Below, piece by piece: positions 1 through 9,580 of a stretch of DNA of 64,000 nt. Positions within the stretch are counted from its first letter, which is position 1, and the number at the start of each line of letters is the position of its first letter. The notes under the pieces are model-generated. The model saw only the letters and a program-made list of their open reading frames with translations. It was not told where the DNA came from and did no database searches. The translations under genes were made by a program, and so were the position numbers. The stretch comes from an uncultured cyanobacterium (GTDB lineage: Bacteria; Cyanobacteriota; Cyanobacteriia; Cyanobacteriales; CAWCAG01): the NCBI GenBank assembly GCA_963793425.1, contig CAWCAG010000005.1:608001-672000 (forward strand), in the 5' to 3' direction.

Positions 1-716
1 ACATAGCAAAAAACGATAATCCCACAAGCCAAGTTAAAAACTGTTCTCTTACCAACCAATAAAGTTAGAGTTTGAATATTATATTGTTTATCTCCTTCCA
101 TATCTGGTACATCTTTAAAAATTGCGATCGCAATAGTAAAAATAAGAATAAACAGAGTTAACACCCATACAGTAGAAGTTAATATCTCCTCTCCATTTAA
201 CTTGCTACTAAAATGTAAAAACAAACCCAAATTAACAATCATTCCCCGCACAGTAAAGATACATAAAGCAGCCAGGAAAGGAAAGCGTTTTAAGCGGACA
301 GGAGGTAAAGAATAAGCTGTCCCAATTGCTAAACTAACTGCTACGGTTAGAAATAACCAAAATCCCAAAACTCCAGCTAAAACCAAAGCTAATATGCCTG
401 TGATAGCAACAATCATCCTTCCTTGAAATAGAGAAAATTCTCCTGCTGCCAAAGGAAGATGGGGTTTATTAATTTCATCAATAGCAATATCTTCTAATTG
501 ATTTAAACCAACAATATAAATGTTGCCACAAATACAAGCAAGCCAACTTCCTAATAGTACTAGCAAGTTGTTTGTACCGGGGCTAAGCTCAAAACTAGCC
601 AAAGCAATTAAGTAAAGAGCTAAAGTACTTAAAGTTGTACCAATAATTGTATGGGGGCGAGAGAATTTCCAAAGACTATGAAACCAGGGAAAATTTTTAT
701 TTAAAGCTTGGGTCAT
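1..716 (-). CDS. hpt: Homogentisate phytyltransferase (UbiA family), partial; runs off the left edge
   Basis: Manual translation from ATG at 716: MTQALNKNFPWFHSLWKFSRPHTIIGT...IYIVGLNQLEDIAIDEINKPHLPLAAGEFS; directly downstream of the tocopherol methyltransferase. Confidence 0.9.
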   Translation of the reverse strand, partial: MTQALNKNFPWFHSLWKFSRPHTIIGTTLSTLALYLIALASFELSPGTNNLLVLLGSWLACICGNIYIVGLNQLEDIAIDEINKPHLPLAAGEFSLFQGRMIVAITGILALVLAGVLGFWLFLTVAVSLAIGTAYSLPPVRLKRFPFLAALCIFTVRGMIVNLGLFLHFSSKLNGEEILTSTVWVLTLFILIFTIAIAIFKDVPDMEGDKQYNIQTLTLLVGKRTVFNLACGIIVFCY

Positions 717-850
717 CAGTTGTTAGTTATCAGTTATTAATGTATGGCTTGCCATTGCTGTTAGGGGTCAGTTAGCGATTAGCGATTAGCAACCGGTGCG
801 CGTTCCCTTGCGCCTTACGTCGACGCGGGGTCGCACAGCAACTAGCAATT

Positions 851-1711
851 TCATTTTGTACCGTAAATTAAACCAAAACGAATCAAACCTTTTTCGTAAC
901 CACTACTCATTAAATTTAAAGAAAGGGCAGCTTGAATAGTTTGCCAACCGGACTGGAAAAGTGCTGTAATAGCTTGAGGATTTAGGGCTGAATCTATCAC
1001 CACATCCCAAAAAGGAGCAACGGCTGTTGACCAATCATCAGAACGCAGATTTTGGAAACCGCAACCAATGGCAAATTGTTCGTATTCTGGCAAAGAAATA
1101 ACGTAGGGCAAACAATAAACTTGATAAATCTGTTCTAAATGTTTCCTTTCTGCTACTGTTAACTCCCCTGCAACAGAATTAGTCGGGCGATGACACCAAG
1201 TCGCCATAATAAAAGTCCCCCCTGGTTGCAACACTCGATAGCATTCTTGCAAAAACTTACCCTTATCGGGCATATGTTCGCCACTTTCTAAAGACCAAAC
1301 TAAATCAAAGGAATTATCAGCAAAAGGGGTATCAAGAGCATCCGCAACCATAAATTGAACTTGATGACCTAAATTAGCTTTCATCGCTCTTTCTTTCGCT
1401 CTAGATGCTTGGATAGGGGATAAGGTAATGCCTGTACCTATAGCAGCAAACTTATCTGCTAAGTAAAGGGTACTACCGCCAATACCGCAGCCAACATCAA
1501 GAATATTTTGGGGCAGTTTTTTCCCTTCAGACACTCCAGCCCAAAACAAAAGTTCTTCAATTAAATCAATCTGTGCTTGCCGCCGTTCAATTTTATAATT
1601 ACCAGCCCTACCATAATAGCCGTGGTGCATATGCTCACCCCAAGTCTGTTCCCAAACTCCGCTAGAGGCATCATAAAATTGTTGGATTCGTTTCGATAAA
1701 GCCATAATCAT
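851..1711 (-). CDS. Gamma-tocopherol methyltransferase (VTE4/Slr0089-like)
   Basis: WGEHMHHGYY, SAM motif LDVGCGIGGS, WSLESGEHMPDK; adjacent to hpt. Confidence 0.88.
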   Translation of the reverse strand: MIMALSKRIQQFYDASSGVWEQTWGEHMHHGYYGRAGNYKIERRQAQIDLIEELLFWAGVSEGKKLPQNILDVGCGIGGSTLYLADKFAAIGTGITLSPIQASRAKERAMKANLGHQVQFMVADALDTPFADNSFDLVWSLESGEHMPDKGKFLQECYRVLQPGGTFIMATWCHRPTNSVAGELTVAERKHLEQIYQVYCLPYVISLPEYEQFAIGCGFQNLRSDDWSTAVAPFWDVVIDSALNPQAITALFQSGWQTIQAALSLNLMSSGYEKGLIRFGLIYGTK

Positions 1712-1809
1712 TTAACATTTAACATTCAACATTTAACATTGAGTAACTCTTTGCTACTCCTTGTAGCCTAGGGCAACGAAGTTTGTGATAGAAATTATCT
1801 TAAAGCAAA

Positions 1810-1851
1810 AAACTCTGTCTCAAGTAAAAAGAAGTTAAGAGACAGAGCTTT
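1810..1851 (-). terminator. Probable intrinsic terminator after glnA
   Basis: Inverted repeat ctctgtct / agacagag, followed by a T-run on the minus strand. Confidence 0.5.
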
Positions 1852-1860
1852 ATTTCCCAA

Positions 1861-1897
1861 TTAGCCATTAGCCGTTAGCCGTTAGCCGTTAGCCATT
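1861..1897. repeat. Heptamer short tandem repeat (TAGCCRT)n; representative of many STRR-like arrays
   Basis: ttagccattagccgttagccgttagccgttagccatt. Related arrays: TTAACAT ~1712-1740 and ~13580-13597, CCCTACT ~6430 and ~9550, TAGCAAC ~15696-15725, TAGCCAC ~39011, TAAGTAA ~47097-47124, ACCTATT ~57476-57502 and ~59293-59311. Confidence 0.8.
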
Positions 1898-3317
1898 AAA
1901 CATCATAGTAAAGAGAAAACTCGTAGGGATGAGGACGAAGCTTGAGGGGAATAACTTCATTAGAAAGCTTAAACTCAATCCAGTTTTTAATAAAGTCTTC
2001 GGTAAAGACACCACTTTCAGTTAGGAAACCGTGATCTTCTTCTAACGCCTCTAAAGCATCTTCTAATGAACCAGGGGTAGAAGGAACTTTGGCCAACTCT
2101 TCAGGACTAAGTTCGTAGATATCCACATCAAGGGGTTCCCCCGGATCAATTTCATTCTTAATACCATCAATCCCGGCACAAAGCATCGCCGCAAAAGCTA
2201 AATAAGGATTGCTAGAAGCATCAGGACAACGAAACTCTAAACGCTTAGCTTTAGGATTGGGGCCAGATAAAGGAATCCGAACAGAAGCCGAACGATTACC
2301 TTGAGAATAAGCCAAATTAACGGGGGCCTCAAAACCAGGAACCAAACGCTTATAAGAGTTTGTAGTAGGATTAGTAAAAGCCAAAAGTGCTGGGGCGTGC
2401 TTAAGAATACCGCCAATGTAATTTAAAGCCATTTGGCTTAAATTTGCATAACCATCACCCCAAAATAAAGGCTCTCCACCTTTCCAAATAGACTGGTGAC
2501 AGTGCATACCAGTACCATTATCGTTGAAAAGAGGCTTAGGCATAAAAGTAGCCGTTTTGCCATACTTTTTCGCCACATTCTTAATGACATACTTATAAGT
2601 CATCAAATAGTCGGCAGATGCAACAATAGGAGCAAATTTAATCCCTAACTCATTTTGCCCTCCAGTGGCAACTTCGTGGTGATGTTTCTCAATCGGTACA
2701 CCACACTCTCCCATAGTTAGGAGCATTTCAGTACGCATATCCTGGAGAGTATCGGTTGGTGGTACAGGAAAATAACCTTGTTTGTAGCCTGGCTTGTAAC
2801 CAAGGTTGCCCCCTTCTTCTTCCCTACCTGTATTCCAGCGCCCCTCAACACTGTCTACATAATAGTAACCCTTGTTTTCAGCTTGGTCGAAGCGTACATC
2901 ATCAAATACAAAAAACTCAGCTTCAGGACCAAAAAAAGCCGTATCTCCAAGCCCACTAGAGGTAAGATATTCCAGGGCCTTTTTCGCAATGGAACGAGGA
3001 TCTCGCTCATACATCTCACCCGTGCGAGGTTCTATAATGCTACAGATCATGCTTAGAGTTTTCTCTTTCATGAAGGGGTCGATCCAAGCTGTTTTTGGAT
3101 CAGGAACCATCGCCATATCAGAATTATTAATCGCTTTCCAACCGCGAATACTAGAGCCGTCAAAAGCCACACCATCTACAAATGCGCCTTCATCTATTTG
3201 ATCTTGGAAAAAAGAACAGTGCTGCCAAATACCAGGCATATCGATAAATTTCAAGTCAATTATCTTAATATCTTCATCTTGAATCATTTTCAAGACTTCT
3301 TGGGGCGTTTCTGCCAT
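1896..3317 (-). CDS. glnA: Glutamine synthetase type I
   Basis: [50 protein letters not shown]. Confidence 0.98.
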   Translation of the reverse strand: MAETPQEVLKMIQDEDIKIIDLKFIDMPGIWQHCSFFQDQIDEGAFVDGVAFDGSSIRGWKAINNSDMAMVPDPKTAWIDPFMKEKTLSMICSIIEPRTGEMYERDPRSIAKKALEYLTSSGLGDTAFFGPEAEFFVFDDVRFDQAENKGYYYVDSVEGRWNTGREEEGGNLGYKPGYKQGYFPVPPTDTLQDMRTEMLLTMGECGVPIEKHHHEVATGGQNELGIKFAPIVASADYLMTYKYVIKNVAKKYGKTATFMPKPLFNDNGTGMHCHQSIWKGGEPLFWGDGYANLSQMALNYIGGILKHAPALLAFTNPTTNSYKRLVPGFEAPVNLAYSQGNRSASVRIPLSGPNPKAKRLEFRCPDASSNPYLAFAAMLCAGIDGIKNEIDPGEPLDVDIYELSPEELAKVPSTPGSLEDALEALEEDHGFLTESGVFTEDFIKNWIEFKLSNEVIPLKLRPHPYEFSLYYDV

Positions 3318-3352
3318 GGGTCAATTCCTCAGTATCTTTATCTTTAGAGATA

Positions 3353-3368
3353 TGTTACTTGCTATACA
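3353..3368 (-). promoter_or_regulatory. Possible NtcA-like site upstream of glnA
   Basis: Minus strand TGTA-tagcaagt-AACA, one mismatch from TGTA-N8-TACA; spacing to a -10 box is non-canonical. Confidence 0.35.
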
Positions 3369-3641
3369 AAAAATAAATTGCTTTACCAGTTAACTTTAAA
3401 AAATTTATCAAAAAATCTCTTTTCGTCAACAAAAAGCCCGTGAGATGCTACTCTCAAATATGCTTTCCCTAAACTCACAGTAGGGAAATTTCTGATTAGT
3501 TATTAAGTTCGGCCCCTAAAAGTTAATTTTCTTATTGAATACCATCTCCTCAAGGCAGCTTGAATGGGATGATAAATAAAGAGCGACGGGGCTTTATATT
3601 AAGCCAAAAATAAATAAAATGCTGTTGGGAGAAGAAATTTA

Positions 3642-4151
3642 ATGCGGGATGCTGTTACAAGCTTAATTAAAAATTATGATGTTGCTGGTCGTTATTTTGA
3701 CCGCAATGCCATGGATAGCCTGAAATCATATTTTGAATCAGGTCAAGCAAGAATCAAAGCCGCAGAAATAATTAGCGGCAATGCTGCTGCCATTATTAAA
3801 GAAGCTGCTTTGCAACTATTTGAGGAACAACCGGAATTAATTCGTCCGGGAGGAAATGCTTATACTACTCGCCGCTACTCTGCTTGCTTGCGGGATATGG
3901 ATTATTACCTGCGCTATGCCAGTTACGCCCTGATAGCAGGAGATACTAATGTCCTTGATGAGCGAGTTTTGCAAGGTTTAAGGGAAACCTATAACTCTTT
4001 AGGGGTTCCCATCGGCCCTACAGTTTACGGCATTCAGATTGTCAAAAACATGGTCAAAAACATGGTTGCAGAGGCTGGTGTAGAGGATACCTCATTCATC
4101 GATGAGCCTTTTGAACATCTAACCCGTGACTTCGGGGAAAAAGACATTTGA
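3642..4151 (+). CDS. apcF: Allophycocyanin beta-18 subunit
   Basis: MRDAVTSLIKNYDVAGRY, PGGNAYTTRRYSACLRDMDYYLRYA; divergent from glnA as is common in cyanobacteria. Confidence 0.95.
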   Translation: MRDAVTSLIKNYDVAGRYFDRNAMDSLKSYFESGQARIKAAEIISGNAAAIIKEAALQLFEEQPELIRPGGNAYTTRRYSACLRDMDYYLRYASYALIAGDTNVLDERVLQGLRETYNSLGVPIGPTVYGIQIVKNMVKNMVAEAGVEDTSFIDEPFEHLTRDFGEKDI

Positions 4152-4206
4152 ATCATTGTTCGGCTTGCCGTTGCCGCTAGGCAACATTAATCATTGAACA
4201 TTGAAG

Positions 4207-4246
4207 AGGGAGAGGACTTCTAATTATCAGGCCTCTCCCTTTTTTT
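4207..4246. terminator. Terminator between convergent apcF and the RHH gene
   Basis: agggagagg...cctctccct followed by a T-run. Confidence 0.6.
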
Positions 4247-4247
4247 G

Positions 4248-4583
4248 CTAATTGCTTAGGCTCTCTGGACTTAAGGGAACTAAGTCGTTGTTGATAGTGA
4301 GTCCGAGCAAAATTGGTTCCCCTTCAGAAATAAACTTACCCGTTAATACGCAGCATTCATCTCTTTGGGCCATCGCTTCAAAACTAGCTCGAATATCAGA
4401 GCGGCAAAACTGGGGGCGATACTCTCCCGATTTAAGTTGTACATAATTCCATAAAATATCCCTAACCAAAGCTTGATATCCCTGATTGCCGGCAAGTTCT
4501 TTCAGCTTGTCCTTAAGCGCCCTCTCTAAGCGGATGCTAGTAACTTCCATGTCGGTTGTTGAAGTGCGAGTTAGAGTACGCAT
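4248..4583 (-). CDS. trcR: Ribbon-helix-helix repressor, TrcR (All0854)-like
   Basis: VTSIRLERALKDKLKELAGNQGYQALVRDILWNYV (RHH). ATG at 4583 has an AAGGAG RBS. Divergent from small ORF-HNH-alr0857-like genes, the synteny I recall for Anabaena trcR. Confidence 0.7.
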   Translation of the reverse strand: MRTLTRTSTTDMEVTSIRLERALKDKLKELAGNQGYQALVRDILWNYVQLKSGEYRPQFCRSDIRASFEAMAQRDECCVLTGKFISEGEPILLGLTINNDLVPLSPESLSN

Positions 4584-4606
4584 AAAAATTTTCTCCTTCC
4601 AAATAG

Positions 4607-4635
4607 TGGACATATCGGTAATACAAGTGTAGTAT
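4607..4635 (+). promoter_or_regulatory. Sigma70-type promoter with overlapping putative RHH operator repeats
   Basis: TGGACA-N17-TAGTAT; direct repeats GTAATAC (4618-4624) and GTAGTAT (4629-4635). Confidence 0.55.
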
Positions 4636-4672
4636 TAAAAAGTCTCTTTGAGTAATTAAGTCAAGAAATTCT

Positions 4673-4915
4673 GTGAAACGTCTCTCTACCATTTCCACTA
4701 CTAGAACTGCCCTCGATTTCCCCCAAGGTGGGAAATCAGCAGCTATGGGAGTGGATTTTGCTTTTATAGGTTGTTTCACAACTTCAACAAACAGCTTGGA
4801 GATTAACCAGCAGCAACTTAATACAAAGGAAAATTATTGGTTAGAAAACAGCCATAGTCGGGAAATTCGAGATTCAAAACTAAATCAACAAGGCGGGAGG
4901 TACAGGTGTAAATGA
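4673..4915 (+). CDS. Small hypothetical/leader ORF upstream of the HNH gene (Alr0855-like position)
   Basis: 80-aa ORF (GTG start) between the promoter and a strong terminator. Confidence 0.5.
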   Translation: MKRLSTISTTRTALDFPQGGKSAAMGVDFAFIGCFTTSTNSLEINQQQLNTKENYWLENSHSREIRDSKLNQQGGRYRCK

Positions 4916-4961
4916 AGCCAAAACTGTACCGAAGATAAAAAGAAAATTTTCCAAGTTTTCT

Positions 4962-4998
4962 AAACCCCCGCTCAAACTCAAAAAAAGCGGGGGTTTTT
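4962..4998 (+). terminator. Intrinsic terminator/attenuator inside the operon
   Basis: aaacccccgct...agcgggggttttt. Confidence 0.75.
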
Positions 4999-5024
4999 GT
5001 GTGAAAAATCGAAACTTTTGACTT

Positions 5025-5327
5025 TTGATGAAGCACGTAGCGCTCCTGCCAACCTTCAATCGAGAAGTACTGCGGCGCGATCGCCATAGCTGCCAGTACT
5101 GCGACAGCAAAAAAAAACTGACCTTAGATCACGTCATTCCTCGCTCAAAAGGCGGAAAACACACTTGGGACAATGTAGTAACTGCCTGTGAACGGTGTAA
5201 CTCCAAAAAAGGTAGTCGCACTCCCACTGAAGCAGGCTTAATTCTCAAGAGCAAACCAAAAGCTCCTCTTCACCCTGCGATCACCTTTGCTGAGAAGTTT
5301 TGGGAACGGCAAAAACACCTGGAATAA
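5025..5327 (+). CDS. HNH endonuclease (McrA-like), apparently N-terminally truncated
   Basis: REVLRRDRHSCQYC, LTLDHVIPRSKGG, NVVTACERCNSKK; only 100 aa. Confidence 0.8.
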   Translation: MMKHVALLPTFNREVLRRDRHSCQYCDSKKKLTLDHVIPRSKGGKHTWDNVVTACERCNSKKGSRTPTEAGLILKSKPKAPLHPAITFAEKFWERQKHLE

Positions 5328-5341
5328 CAGGAGAACGATAA

Positions 5342-5731
5342 ATGCTGAAACTAACTTACACTGAAAATGGTTTTTATTTAGAGCGTTTGGCTCAGTCAGT
5401 AGAAGAGTGGGTATCCACAAGGACACTTTTAGCTCTCAGAACTGGTACAAGCCTCTATGTGGAGCCTAGCACTGCTTCTTTCCTGTTACCTGCGGATTTA
5501 CCCCAGTTGGTACACTTTGAAGCCGTAGTGGAGCAGGAAAACCCTGATGCCGTCACTCTATCTGTATGTGATGCTGACTGTATTGAGGTGAGCTTAGATG
5601 GTACTTGGTTAGTAGGTGAACCTGGAAGCGAAGAAGGTATCTTCACCTGCACCATGGGCGATCGCGCTGAGTTTTACCTCTTCAAGCTCTGGGAAGAAGC
5701 TCAAATTGAGGCTTCTGTAGTCCAGGAATAA
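5342..5731 (+). CDS. Alr0857-family protein
   Basis: MLKLTYTENGFYLERLAQSVEEWV...EPSTASFLLPADLP; AGGAG RBS. Confidence 0.75.
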   Translation: MLKLTYTENGFYLERLAQSVEEWVSTRTLLALRTGTSLYVEPSTASFLLPADLPQLVHFEAVVEQENPDAVTLSVCDADCIEVSLDGTWLVGEPGSEEGIFTCTMGDRAEFYLFKLWEEAQIEASVVQE

Positions 5732-5791
5732 TTAATGGCATAAATGGGCGCAACAACTGTTACGCCCCCTAATTTAAAAAATTAAAGAAAC

Positions 5792-6361
5792 ATGAAAAAG
5801 AAATTTTTTTTACCAATTTTTTTTACCACCCTATTATTAAGCGAATCTACTTTAGCCGAAGTAGTTCAGGCTCAACAACCTCAACCAATTCAAATAGCCC
5901 AATCTGTCTGGAAGCCATTTTCTTCTGTCCCAGGAAAATTCACGGTTTTGTTTCCTGGTACTCCGGCTCAAACTCAGGAAACCGTAGACACTCCTTTAGG
6001 AACAATTAATTTATTTGGTTTTTCTGCTGAACGCCCCAACGAAGCTGGTTATTTAGTCGCTTATTCTGATTTTCCCGTTAATTTAGCTCAAAGTTCTATT
6101 CCCATCGAAGACTTACTGGCGGGAATTATGTCAGGATTCATCACTAGCATTGGTGGCAATGTTTTAAGCCAGAACAGTATTAGCTTAAATGGTTTTCCTG
6201 GTCAAGAAGCCCGTATTCAACTAAAAGATAATTTTATAACTAGATATAGAGTATTCATCGTTAATGAGCGTTTGTATCAATTAGCAGTATTTACCGATAA
6301 AGAGCAAGACTTGCCTCAAAGTATTGAAGGCTTTTTCAACTCTTTCCAGCTTATTGAGTAA
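5792..6361 (+). CDS. Exported protein, possibly PsbP/Mog1-like fold; paralog of 18925-19533
   Basis: Signal peptide; WKPFSSVPGKFTVLFPG, RLYQLAV, FFNSFQLI. Confidence 0.65.
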   Translation: MKKKFFLPIFFTTLLLSESTLAEVVQAQQPQPIQIAQSVWKPFSSVPGKFTVLFPGTPAQTQETVDTPLGTINLFGFSAERPNEAGYLVAYSDFPVNLAQSSIPIEDLLAGIMSGFITSIGGNVLSQNSISLNGFPGQEARIQLKDNFITRYRVFIVNERLYQLAVFTDKEQDLPQSIEGFFNSFQLIE

Positions 6362-6640
6362 AAAATCACCCCCATTTCCCCTCACCAGGAACATCCTTCA
6401 CAAAAAAACGGTCTGTTGAAGTTCTCAAACCCTACTCCCTACTCCCTACCCTAACAAATAAGTCATACCACTCAATACCGATTTGATATGATTTTGCTAC
6501 TTCATCTTCAATCTAAAGATCAGTAAAAATAGATTTATAAGTTACTATTTTTGAAATATCGTGGTATTTCTAGACAAAGAAGCCAAGAAAAAGAAAAGCA
6601 TCAAGTCGGGGTAAGTTGGTGGGTTGTCTGAGGAGTCGAG

Positions 6641-9256
6641 GTGCAAAAGTTTATTTCTAGGTTCAGATTCAAAAATATGTCGAGTAAGCAATCTTCTAAC
6701 TCGACATCCACAGATCCGCAAACCGTATCTGGTGATGTCCCGTCCAAGACTGAGGAACAACAATTGGAAGTAGAAACAAATGAGCAAGGGGAAGCCCCTG
6801 AGCAAAACTACTTCCAAAAATTTAAAACTAAAGCTGTTGGACTCAAAACCAAAGCTGTTGGACTTAAAACTAAAGTAGTTCGCCCCTTCAAAGGAGATAA
6901 TCCTTGGCAAAATCGTCCCCGCTTTTGGTTAGCTTTAGGGGCAGGTTTGGGTTTTACTACAGGTTTAGTTCTTTTTGGTTGGGGTTGGTGGAAAATTGAA
7001 AAAAGTTTGCCGGACTCTGTTAGTGATGTCCTAACCTATGCCCGTGAGGGAACTTTAACAATTACCGCTTCTGATGGTACTGTATTGCAGGAAGTTGGCC
7101 CCACAACTCATGATCAGTTAGATATCAAAGAAATTCCCCCAGATGTAGTTCAAGCTTTTATTGCGAGTGAAGATAGGCGTTTTGAGGCACATCATGGGGT
7201 GGACTTTCAAGGTGTCCTCAGAGCAGCTTTCTCCAACTTTCAATCTGGGGACGTTGTTCAAGGGGGAAGCACGATTACCCAACAACTAGCCCGTATCGTC
7301 TTCCTTAACCAAGAACAGAAAATTTGGCGCAAGCTGCGAGAGATGCGCTTGGCTAATAAAATTGAGGGGAAATTCGAGAAAGCCACGATTATGGAACGTT
7401 ACCTGAACCTAGTTTATTTAGGTTCGGGGGCCTATGGTGTTGGAGATGCCGCTTGGGTTTATTTTAGTAAAGAAATTGAAGAAATTACCCTCCCGGAAGC
7501 AGCAACGATTGCCGCTTTAGCCCCAGCCCCCACAGCTTATTCTCCTTTGGAAAATAGAAAATTAGCCAAAAAGCGCCGTAATGTGGTCTTGCGGCAAATG
7601 GAGAAAGAGGGTTTCATTACTGAAGCTGAAGCCAAAAAAGCCATCGCTTCTCCTTTGAGAACAAACTACAGTGAACCCAAGCGCCTCAACCGCAAATTCC
7701 CTTACTTCACCAGTTATATCCAAAAAGAACTGCCTAAATATGTCTCCTCAGAAAAAATTGAAGCTGGGGGCTTGACTGTAGAAACTACTCTTGACCCAGA
7801 ATGGCAAGAACTGGCGGAAGAAACTATTACCAAAACCATAGAAAATCAAGGTAAGAGTCAGCGTTTTGATCAAGCGGCTTTAGTAGCCATTGACCCCCGC
7901 AATGGGAAAATCAGGGCTTTGGTGGGAGGGAAAGACTTTGACGAAAATCAATTTAATCGCGTTACCCAAGCCCAAAGACAGCCCGGTTCCACCTTCAAAA
8001 CCTTTGTTTATTCCACGGCGATCGCCGCAGGTTTTTCTCCTTATAAAGGTGTTCTAGATCAACCATATGTTGTCGCTGGCTACCAACCTGAAAATTACGA
8101 TGATAAGTATCGCGGCAGTTATGTATCCATGAAGGATGCTTTAGCCTATTCTTTGAATGTGGTTGCTGTCCGTACTTTAGTTGATGTAGGTTGGGAACCA
8201 ACCATTGAAATCGCCAAGAAAATGGGTATTGAGTCTGAACTCAAACCAACTTATTCTCTGGCGTTAGGTTCCTCTGAAGTTAATCTCCTAGAATTAACTA
8301 GCGCTTACGGAACTTTAGCCAATAAAGGAATCCACGTTTCTGCCCGTGGCATCAACCGCATTCTTGATAAAGATGGTGAGGTAATCTACAAAGCCGACTC
8401 CAAAAAAGAACGGGCTTTGGATAAAGATACTGCCGCTATTATGACTTGGATGCTCCAAGGAGTCGTAAATTATGGTACAGCTTCAACAGCCCAAATAGAC
8501 CGGCCTGTGGCCGGAAAAACCGGAACATCCGACGAAGAAAAGGATCTTTGGTTTATTGGCTATATACCTCAGTTAGTTGCTGGGGTCTGGCTTGGAAATG
8601 ATGATAACAAATCTACTTACGCCAGTAGTAGTACTGCTGCTGCCACCTGGAGAAGGTTTATGGCAGAGGCAGTAGAAGATTTACCTAAAACTGATTTTCC
8701 TAAGCCTCCTGATAAGTTAGAAGGTCGCGAAGGTACGATTAAGGCTAAACCCATTAAGCCCAAAAAACAGTATTACAAAAAAAGTAATCAAAGCAACAGC
8801 CGTAGAAGTTCTAGTGGCTCTAGTGGTTCTAGTAGCAGAAGCTCTTCTTCTAGTTCTGGCAATAGTCGTCGAAGCTCTGGTTCCAGTTCTAATTCCAATT
8901 CTAATTCTCAACCCAAACGCCGCTCTCAGCCTAGCCAAGGCAATAGCGGTAATAGCAGAAATAATCAGCAAGGTAGTCCCAGGAATAATAGTCGTCCAGC
9001 ACCCGCACCAGCGCCAAGACCAGCACCTGCACCTGCCCCAGCACCTGCCCCAGCACCTGCCCCAGCACCAGCACCAAGACCTGCACCTGCCCCAGCACCT
9101 GCCCCAGCACCACCTCCTACAATCGATAAACAATCAAAACCAGCCCCAGCACCTGCCCCAGCACCTGCCCCAGCACCTGCCCCAGCACCTGCCCCAGCAC
9201 CCGTACCAGCACCTGCCCCAGCACCCGTACCAGTTCCCATAACAGCGCCAGAATAA
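6641..9256 (+). CDS. Class A penicillin-binding protein (PBP1A family) with Ser/Asn-rich and Pro-Ala tail
   Basis: TM helix; EDRRF, GGSTITQQL, RQPGSTFK (SxxK), SLN, KTGT; start may be ATG 6677. Confidence 0.93.
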   Translation: MQKFISRFRFKNMSSKQSSNSTSTDPQTVSGDVPSKTEEQQLEVETNEQGEAPEQNYFQKFKTKAVGLKTKAVGLKTKVVRPFKGDNPWQNRPRFWLALGAGLGFTTGLVLFGWGWWKIEKSLPDSVSDVLTYAREGTLTITASDGTVLQEVGPTTHDQLDIKEIPPDVVQAFIASEDRRFEAHHGVDFQGVLRAAFSNFQSGDVVQGGSTITQQLARIVFLNQEQKIWRKLREMRLANKIEGKFEKATIMERYLNLVYLGSGAYGVGDAAWVYFSKEIEEITLPEAATIAALAPAPTAYSPLENRKLAKKRRNVVLRQMEKEGFITEAEAKKAIASPLRTNYSEPKRLNRKFPYFTSYIQKELPKYVSSEKIEAGGLTVETTLDPEWQELAEETITKTIENQGKSQRFDQAALVAIDPRNGKIRALVGGKDFDENQFNRVTQAQRQPGSTFKTFVYSTAIAAGFSPYKGVLDQPYVVAGYQPENYDDKYRGSYVSMKDALAYSLNVVAVRTLVDVGWEPTIEIAKKMGIESELKPTYSLALGSSEVNLLELTSAYGTLANKGIHVSARGINRILDKDGEVIYKADSKKERALDKDTAAIMTWMLQGVVNYGTASTAQIDRPVAGKTGTSDEEKDLWFIGYIPQLVAGVWLGNDDNKSTYASSSTAAATWRRFMAEAVEDLPKTDFPKPPDKLEGREGTIKAKPIKPKKQYYKKSNQSNSRRSSSGSSGSSSRSSSSSSGNSRRSSGSSSNSNSNSQPKRRSQPSQGNSGNSRNNQQGSPRNNSRPAPAPAPRPAPAPAPAPAPAPAPAPAPRPAPAPAPAPAPPPTIDKQSKPAPAPAPAPAPAPAPAPAPAPVPAPAPAPVPVPITAPE
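8996..9240 (+). repeat. Coding (Pro-Ala)n tandem repeat
   Basis: Repeated CCAGCACCTGCC units in two blocks. Confidence 0.95.
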
Positions 9257-9318
9257 ACTTGTACAATCAGTATTATTGTGCTACAAATATTACTAGGCAA
9301 GTATGAGGAATAATAAAA

Positions 9319-9519
9319 GTGGTAGAGCGACTCAAGCGCTGGGAATCCCCTCGCCGCCGGGGGCGTAACGATAAGGGCAAAGGCGGGGCGGCCAGGAAGC
9401 GACAACTGAAAAAGCGGCAGCAAATGTTACGCAAAAAGTTGAAAGCGCGTTCAGACAATCAAAAAAAACAGACAAAAGAAGGAAGAGAGTTTGATTCTCT
9501 TCCTTCTTTTTTATCTTGA
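9319..9519 (+). CDS. Small Arg/Lys-rich hypothetical protein
   Basis: RWESPRRRGRNDKGKGGAARKRQLKKRQQMLRKKLK; GAGG upstream. Confidence 0.6.
   Translation: MVERLKRWESPRRRGRNDKGKGGAARKRQLKKRQQMLRKKLKARSDNQKKQTKEGREFDSLPSFLS
9474..9512. terminator. Bidirectional terminator
   Basis: aaaagaaggaagaga / tctcttccttctttt between convergent genes. Confidence 0.65.
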
Positions 9520-9580
9520 GTACCAGCTAATAAAATTCAGGCGAAATTCTACTCCCTACTCCCTACTCCCTTCCCCCATG

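Noticed and set aside
8996..9240. Possible CRISPR array
   Set aside because: Contiguous coding repeats without unique spacers; no cas genes in the window
8717..9423. ORFs with (GA)n, CWGR and HLPQ repeats
   Set aside because: Alternate-frame or antisense shadows of the Pro-Ala repeat in the PBP gene
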